64,000 nt of DNA from Eledone cirrhosa (Eukaryota), in assembly GCA_964016885.1 (NCBI GenBank), contig OZ024745.1, positions 70,246,001-70,310,000 on the forward strand. The letters run 5' to 3'. The notes below the pieces were generated by a model. That model made no database searches. It was not told the DNA's origin and saw only the letters and a list, made by a program, of their open reading frames with translations. Each line of letters starts with the position of its first letter. The stretch's first letter is position 1. The position numbers and the translations under genes were made by a program. This document shows, piece by piece, positions 56,452-64,000 of this stretch.

Positions 56452-56631
56452 GTAGAACACTTGTGGGTTATATCCGTAGTAGTAGAGCACTCAGTCCATG
56501 GGACGAGTTTGGTAGTAGTTCCACAACAGTTACTTCACCATACCGAGAACAATTGTGTCACCTTATTCGGATTTCCGGATAAGGTGAAACAATTGTTCTC
56601 GGTATGATGAACTAACTCTTGTTGGTCTACT

Positions 56632-56632
<1 letters not shown>
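56450..56632 (-). mobile_element. Family C element with ~44-bp fold-back and HHR 3' half
   Basis: Arms 56528-56571 and 56574-56617; GAAACAATTGTT palindromic helix III. Tail TGAGTGCTCTAC...ACCCACAAG on the minus strand; inserted in (TA)n. Confidence 0.8.
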
Positions 56633-56670
<38 letters not shown>

Positions 56671-56682
56671 ATGTGTGCGTGT

Positions 56683-56767
<85 letters not shown>

Positions 56768-56838
56768 TATATATAAAAAGCGACGCTGTGTCAGTTATTC
56801 TAGAGATTAACAGGTATGTCTAAAGTTGTGACCGAGAG

Positions 56839-56875
<37 letters not shown>

Positions 56876-57081
56876 CAGCAATGGAATGCCCAATAGAAAT
56901 ATATTTGCTGGGTACTGAATTAATGTTGTATTTACGTTTATAAAAATTATATAAAGCATATGAGTTTGTTCAAACACTTACATCTGTATTTGTATAGATA
57001 TAATTACAGAAAGGATTATCGTAGGTAGAAGGAGTTTAGATAGACAGACAAATTTTGGTGGCAGTGGGAACGGAACAAACT

Positions 57082-57138
<57 letters not shown>

Positions 57139-58110
57139 CACACCGAAGTTGTTGAGCCTAGGCAACATGAGTCAAAAATATTTGAGTTAGCCCCGATAAA
57201 ATTGTTGATGCAAAGAATATATAAGCAATTATTTAAGATTCCAAATGAAGCATCTAGGTTATTCAGCACACTATGTCAGAAGTAAAGAGAAATGATTTCC
57301 ACTAATATAACTGAATGTTAGACATATTACCAACACCTATATTTGTTGTGTCCACCCTTCAAAATAAATTTGGCTTTGTATGTAATAGTCAGTAATGAAG
57401 TACCCAACCCAATCGAAGGTATAGGTTTGATGAAATTTAATGAGTTGACAATGGCATTACATTTTGATTAGATGTAAAGGTTCTGAGCATGTATAGAAGT
57501 TATACATGCCGGTAATGTGATAAGAATCTATACATGCCGGTTGTGAGAGTCGAGTAAATATATAATACCACGAGCTAACAGCAAAATTTAAATGTCCCTT
57601 GTAGTTGGAAACGGCATCATAGTCTCTATGAGTAATGCTAATAAACGCCGGTAAAAACTGAAAATGGTAAATGTTACTTAATTAAATTAGAATTGCTATA
57701 GCATTCGTTAGAATAATGATATATATAATATTTCATTGCTAAACTCAGTGAAAACGAACAACATGTTTCGAGAGTTTTATGTCCCATCAGAGCTTACCAG
57801 ACATAAAGATGTTTAAGTATATAAGTACTTATTCAACTATTGTATTTTTTATTAGAATCCATAGGTAATAACAATTCGCTCTATATGCATTTACCATTAA
57901 CTACCTAAACAAAAAAGCTTTATGATAATGCTTATGATTTTTTATGCAAAAAATTGATGTTTACAATATTTGTTTATATTGAATTACTTGAACACACTAA
58001 GACATAATCAATAGTAATATCAAAATTAGTTCAATCACGTCTAATAGCTGAAAAGTCTCGATGACCTTGACCAACCGATATATATATATATGTTCATACA
58101 TAAGTGTGTA

Positions 58111-58214
<104 letters not shown>

Positions 58215-58754
58215 TGTGCATATATATGTATATATCTATGTATATCTATAATATTATTTGTGTCATATGCTTGATGTAATGTCATAGATAATCTATTCGA
58301 TTTCTTTGCTGCAGACGATATTACAGCAATTAATTTACTGTAGTTTTTATTATGCATAAATACAATCTCGAGTTAGTGTTTGATATATATATTTCCTTTT
58401 TTTATTATTATTATCTTTTATTCAACATAAATCTTTCTTGCCCTTACAACTAATTATATATCGTTAAACATTACATAATAACATATCAAGTTGCTAATTC
58501 TTAACTTGACTATATCTAATCTCCATAGCAATATATCTACTTGACATTTATCAACCGATCGTCGTTCTAGAATAATTAACAGTTGTGAACAATGACAATG
58601 ATGGACGTTTTCATGATAATATAAAGTATAATACGGTGACTTTCACAGAATAGTTCACCAGTAAAAGGTCCATGAAAATTAATAATTGGTATAGCAGTGC
58701 TAAACATGAAACAGGAAATTATATTAATTCCCGTGGATATATTTAAGTTTACAC

Positions 58755-58931
58755 AAGGTTCAATAGGGGGTAACCGCAGTAAGTAAGGTACTCAATACAA
58801 AGCTGAGTATAAATATTTAATATAAAAAAGGCTTCCACAGGACTAGAACTGTTTCATTCGGGAGAAATCATCAGGGTTTCCTGATATTTTCTCCCGAACA
58901 GTTCTAGTCCTCTAGAAGCTTTTCTATATTA
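58755..58931 (-). mobile_element. Family B HHR element with fold-back
   Basis: Arms 58818-58875 and 58880-58931 around a GTTT spacer. Minus strand CTGATGA-TTTC(TCCC)GAAT-GAAACAG...CTGT. Confidence 0.85.
58830..58876 (-). ncRNA. Type I hammerhead motif (family B)
   Basis: Exact CTGATGA and GAAA cores, helix II TTC/GAA, helix III ACAG/CTGT. Other copies have GUA at the cleavage triplet; here it is mutated to GUG. Confidence 0.65.
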
Positions 58932-58944
58932 TATATATATAGCC

Positions 58945-58948
<4 letters not shown>

Positions 58949-59041
<93 letters not shown>

Positions 59042-59050
59042 GAGACAGAG
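58949..59050. repeat. (AG)n microsatellite
   Basis: Directly visible. Confidence 0.95.
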
Positions 59051-59213
59051 ATTATGTCGTTGTCATGTACATCTTACCTTATAGGCTACATTTCCAGTGT
59101 TGAGGTTTATCTGTGGGCTTTTCAAACAGACTAAAGATAAAGTGGATGTTATATGTTGCGTATGTTCAATTTTCAAAATAACCAACCCCCAAAAATAGCA
59201 ATATATATATATA

Positions 59214-59331
59214 TAGGAACAAGTATGACCTGTCGGGGTCATACTTGTTCCTATTACCCACTCTACTACCCTAAGTATTGAGTACTTTGGTGCGTTATGG
59301 TCCATCTGGTTCCTTACCACATTTCTTTCGT

Positions 59332-59332
<1 letters not shown>
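59214..59332 (+). mobile_element. Family A element truncated and folded back at the HHR GUC site
   Basis: TAGGAACAAGTATGACC-TGTCGG-GGTCATACTTGTTCCTA followed by the family A tail. Confidence 0.9.
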
Positions 59333-59362
<30 letters not shown>

Positions 59363-59592
59363 AGAATTATCCGTAGGTGTGAAAAAAGAAAAAAGGAAAA
59401 CAAGGTTCAATCGAGAAGAGAGTAGATATATTATACTATGTATGTTATAAACTCGTATAAGCGACTGAGCAGTAGGTCACAAGTTTGATCCTTCTTACAT
59501 TCTGGAGACATGTTCAGTATTGGTCCTTGAAACCTTAGGTAACGCTTTTTCTCCGTGTAAGAACATGAATAAATTATATGATATATATATAA

Positions 59593-59795
59593 ATAATTGT
59601 TTCTAATTTAGGCACAAGTCCAGCAATTACTCATCGCATTACTGGTAATGCAATGGGTAATTGCTGGACTTGTGCCTAAGGATGAAAAGTAAAGTCAACC
59701 TCGGCGGGATTTGAATTCAGATCGTAAAGAGACGTAACTATTCTGGAAAGCATGGCGTCCGACCCTCTACCGATACTGCCAATCCACCGCCCTTA
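59593..59795 (-). mobile_element. SINE S1 with internal 35-bp inverted duplication
   Basis: Near-identical to 3484-3675 except that 59608-59679 is a palindrome replacing the CTTTATTTTATCGACCCCG segment. Confidence 0.9.
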
Positions 59796-60371
59796 TATAT
59801 ATATATATAAATAATGAATGCTACTTCAGAATCATGTGACGAATCACGTCTAAAAAAATCCAAACGAAATTATCGAGCAGCAAATATAGGGGAAGATTTA
59901 TTATTATATTATATTGTCTGGAAATGTTGCCATGGAATTAATATTTTTATAACACGGCAACCATGATTTACGTTTATCCGGTTTCATTCTAGATAAATTT
60001 TACTTAAAACAAACTCTCAACAGTAGCGTATTAAACAGTAGCCTTTCTCACATGTAATTAACACATTGCAGGTATGATTAAGAGATATTTTTACTGCAAT
60101 ATTCAATCGAATTTAATATATATTGGGTAATATACTAATTCTAAAATTACATGAAAGTATTCTCATGTTAAAATTTATATTTATTCCTAATTTGAATCAT
60201 ACGGAAATGAACTGGAATAATTTATATTGGCTTAAATGACTAAATCATTTACTTATAAGGCTGGTAATAAATGCATGTTGATTCTGTCATTTGCTTGTAT
60301 GAGTGATTTAATTCACTTATATACAAATCACAATTTTGATCATATATGATGTTATATGTACGTAGGACTAC

Positions 60372-60414
<43 letters not shown>

Positions 60415-61844
60415 CATCGAAAATGTGGGGCTGGTAAATTTTAGGTATATTTTTATATTTGATCTGCAAGATTCTTGATATGAAAACGTGTGATGTGACG
60501 AATAATGTCTTACTTTGGAAGGGCGATGGTGCCAATGATAACTCGCTCACCTATTGTGTTTCACTTCTGTTGTTTCATTAATTAAGTAAATACTCCATTC
60601 CAGATAGAGAATGTCGAGTAATTAAAACAAAATTAAAACAATAAGGAACAACAGAGCAGCAAGATGAGTAATTTGTAGTGTCAGAAATTGTATTACAAAA
60701 GAGCATTACTTATCAATTATGACATTTAAATAACCATCCAGTTGCTCAGCTATACAAGCAAAAGGTTAGATAGCTGACTGGTAATAAACCAAAGAGAAAT
60801 ATAACTGGTACTTGTGCGTTTATTGAGAACATACACCTACAAAGGTATAACAATATCAGGTGAAATGTTATCCTACTTCGATTAGGTGATTCACTTTTAT
60901 GTACAATAGGGCCTTAGGTATCTTATAACATTTTAAATTTTTAGTCAATTAGATTCCGACTATGTATATGAAAACGTAACTTTTTAAAACCAGGCACGAT
61001 TCAGAGACAATGTATTGCCAATACCATATTTCTTTATCTTTGAAATGATCTTTAGAATAGCTAGTGAAGAATTTATTGTAAACAATCACAGAGTTTTAGT
61101 AGTATATAGAGAGAATTGTTGAAAAATAGAAAAAAAAATATTTAGCTTAATATATTTTTAATTCGGGATGGAAATGATCCCCTGGAACACGTAACCCATC
61201 CAACGCGGTAATCAAGTTCGGTGCTTATGTGTGTAGCGCCCTATGTAGTTATGCACCTGTTTGTCACAAATGAAATCAGTTTAACTCCCTCCTCTGACCA
61301 GATTCAAAATATTACTAAGCGAGCATATTCTACTAGAAGTCCACACTGAATCATAATACTCTACGACATTTCCCTTATTTCCACAACGTTTCTACACAGT
61401 AAATGTATTTAGGGATTCATTTATTGGTCACAGTAAATTTTTATAAACTTAAATTAATTATATAAAATTTTATAAAACTGTAATCGTTTGAAACTCTGTA
61501 ATTCACCTCTTCGGAGTCACCGTGTTAGGCGGCTACCTAGTTGCTATTAATGGTAGCGCTGGACTTGGCTCTTTACATTAATGGGATTAACATGACTCAT
61601 TAGTTTAAGTCAGTGCTAATATATGTTAGTCAGTGGTGAAGAGAAAAAATAAAAATGGAATTCACAGCTCATATCCGTGTAGTGAAGATAACTTTCTAGG
61701 ATGTTGCACTCATAGAAAGTTTCTCTTGATTTAGTAATGGATCAACACAATAAGGAGTTAATGGATATTTACAGTTCTTATGATCTATTGTTGAACATTT
61801 TCTAATGTTGACAATCATTACTCTTATTTCATACGGCTCATGAA

Positions 61845-62005
61845 ACTTCTGTCGGTTTCGACGATGTGCTTTCACTTGTGTGACCAACTGAATGTCTAAT
61901 TAATGAATTCACATGTACACTGTCGTGTATGACACAGATACGTGTACCCTTCACATAGTGACCCAGTCGGATCAACATGACACAGTATGCAACAAGACAA
62001 CCCGA
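61845..62005 (-). mobile_element. Old SINE 3' domain (family S3)
   Basis: Reverse-complement homolog of 25788-25956 (TGACACAGTATGCAACA, CGTGTACCCTT). Confidence 0.55.
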
Positions 62006-62911
62006 AATGCATTCATACGTTTTCCTTCTAGCTGATTTCACTCACAAAGCTTCAGTTGAAGACAGGATAATCACTTGCCCAAAATGCCAGCGTTAACGAA
62101 ATTAAGTTCTTAGCTATTCCGCCATGCCCACATTTATATGATATGGCTTCCATTTATATACTGTTTATCCATAAATGTTCACCAAATATTGTATGAAAGA
62201 CATCAATATAAAAATCCATCTATAATTTTGATACACGTTTCAGATTCATGAGTTTGTATATGAACATTACTTATAATTTAGTTTTTTGTTTTTTTTCTTT
62301 TTACTGCACTGTTGTTAGTTTTCAACAGTTTCATATAAATTCCTTCGCCGTCACTTTGTCGTGCGCTGGATTATATTTTGGAATTATATAACTCTGCATG
62401 CGGCAACTATTTTGCTATATTTTAGGGTTTCTTTTGCTGTCTCTAACGATATTTACTCGATTCATATCATTGTTGGCTACTATATATGATATATGGTGTG
62501 CATTGTTTAGGTTATTGATCATTTTCTTTCATATGTGTTGTTTGAATTGTGTTCGGTGTTTTTTTTTTCGACTGGTGATTGTATAGAATATATGTTTGAG
62601 TGATGTGTTACTTTGGTGGGTGATGAGTATGTAGGTGTCAGGTATACAGAATTTGTACTATGAGAGCTTAAGCACTTTTGCAGATAAAAGGGACACTAAT
62701 GATTGATTTAATTCTCATTTAACTCAGAAATTCAGTTAATTATTACTCCTCATATTGTTGTATATATTCAGATATAGAGCAGCTTCAATAAACTATTATT
62801 TGTCAAATTTGAGATGAGTACTTCACACTCAAAATGGTGATCTATTTGAACAATTTAATCTTCAATCATGTTGTTTTCTATTTCATCTCATATATGTGTC
62901 GTCTATTCAAT

Positions 62912-62912
62912 A

Positions 62913-63000
<88 letters not shown>

Positions 63001-63010
63001 TCTTGTTGTT

Positions 63011-63098
<88 letters not shown>

Positions 63099-63100
63099 TG

Positions 63101-63159
<59 letters not shown>

Positions 63160-63169
63160 TCTTGTTGTT

Positions 63170-63207
<38 letters not shown>

Positions 63208-63211
63208 AGTG

Positions 63212-63264
<53 letters not shown>
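62912..63264. repeat. (TAG)n microsatellite with duplicated TCTTGTTGTTG and GGT interruptions
   Basis: Directly visible; source of the poly-V/S/T/Y ORFs. Confidence 0.97.
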
Positions 63265-63265
<1 letters not shown>

Positions 63266-64000
63266 CAAACTTTATTTTCTATATTGTGCATATACAAATA
63301 GATTTTCACGATGATATATTATTTTATTATCATTTTGATATGAAGAAAGGGGAGTTGTGCACATGGACTTCGTGGCTCCTCTGAGACCGGAGCGATTGAC
63401 ACGCTAAACGGGCTTATGTGATGCTATCACATTTACTGTTATATACAAACATAAAATACAGCAATTACAATAAGACTGTTCGCTGAAATTATGTCCATTG
63501 AAATTAGTTTAATGTATTTCATCGAGTGAAAACCTAGGAAATATAGAAAACTCTTAGGAGATATAAATATTCTATGCAATAACATTTTGCTTCACAGTAA
63601 TCTCTTTTGAATAATATTAACAAGACGTGAACATTTTTGCATTCATTTTCGTTAATGATGTTCCAAGAAATATCCGTAAGGAGAGAAATGAAATATGAAG
63701 AATGAAACTATCATAGTTTATATACATTACAGAACAATAAGATATAAAGAATACGGTAGTAGGCTTCATAATGAAGGAAAATGAACAGTCTAGATGCTCC
63801 TAGGTATAGTGTAAGTCTTCGGCTATCATTGAATGATATTCCAATGAAGCATCCGGCGTTACGAATCCTTATAATTTGGATACAGAAATTAATTCCTGAT
63901 ACTTCAGTGTATTGAACTGCAATCGTGTTGAAATGGTGTTGTTTATGGTGATGTTGCTGTTTTTGATACTTGCCTAACCTTATTTCGGGGAAGACATTTG

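Overview
AT-rich animal genomic DNA with no host protein-coding gene that I can support. The window is intergenic or intronic and is saturated with (TA)n, (CA)n, (TAG)n and (ATT)n microsatellites and retroelement remains. The tRNA-derived SINE families, RTE and R4/Dong LINEs and the microsatellite load suggest an octopod cephalopod genome (inference from recall, not a search). Nearly all listed ORFs are microsatellite artefacts. Real coding remnants are an RTE LINE with a PHD-type finger inside its RT, a nest of three R4/Dong elements in an (ATT)n tract, 3' ends of CRE and L1/Tx1 LINEs, and several decayed Penelope-like (PLE) ORFs. The most striking signal is a dense population of about ten recognisable type I hammerhead ribozyme (HHR) motifs. 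They lie in at least six families of short, mostly non-coding PLE-type elements, most of them inserted in (TA)n. Many copies are fold-back palindromes whose turning point lies at or inside the hammerhead, and in one clear case exactly on the predicted GUC cleavage triplet. One locus (6471-7693) is a tandem-plus-inverted ~580-nt unit that resembles a retrozyme. All structures were read by eye; none was computed or searched.
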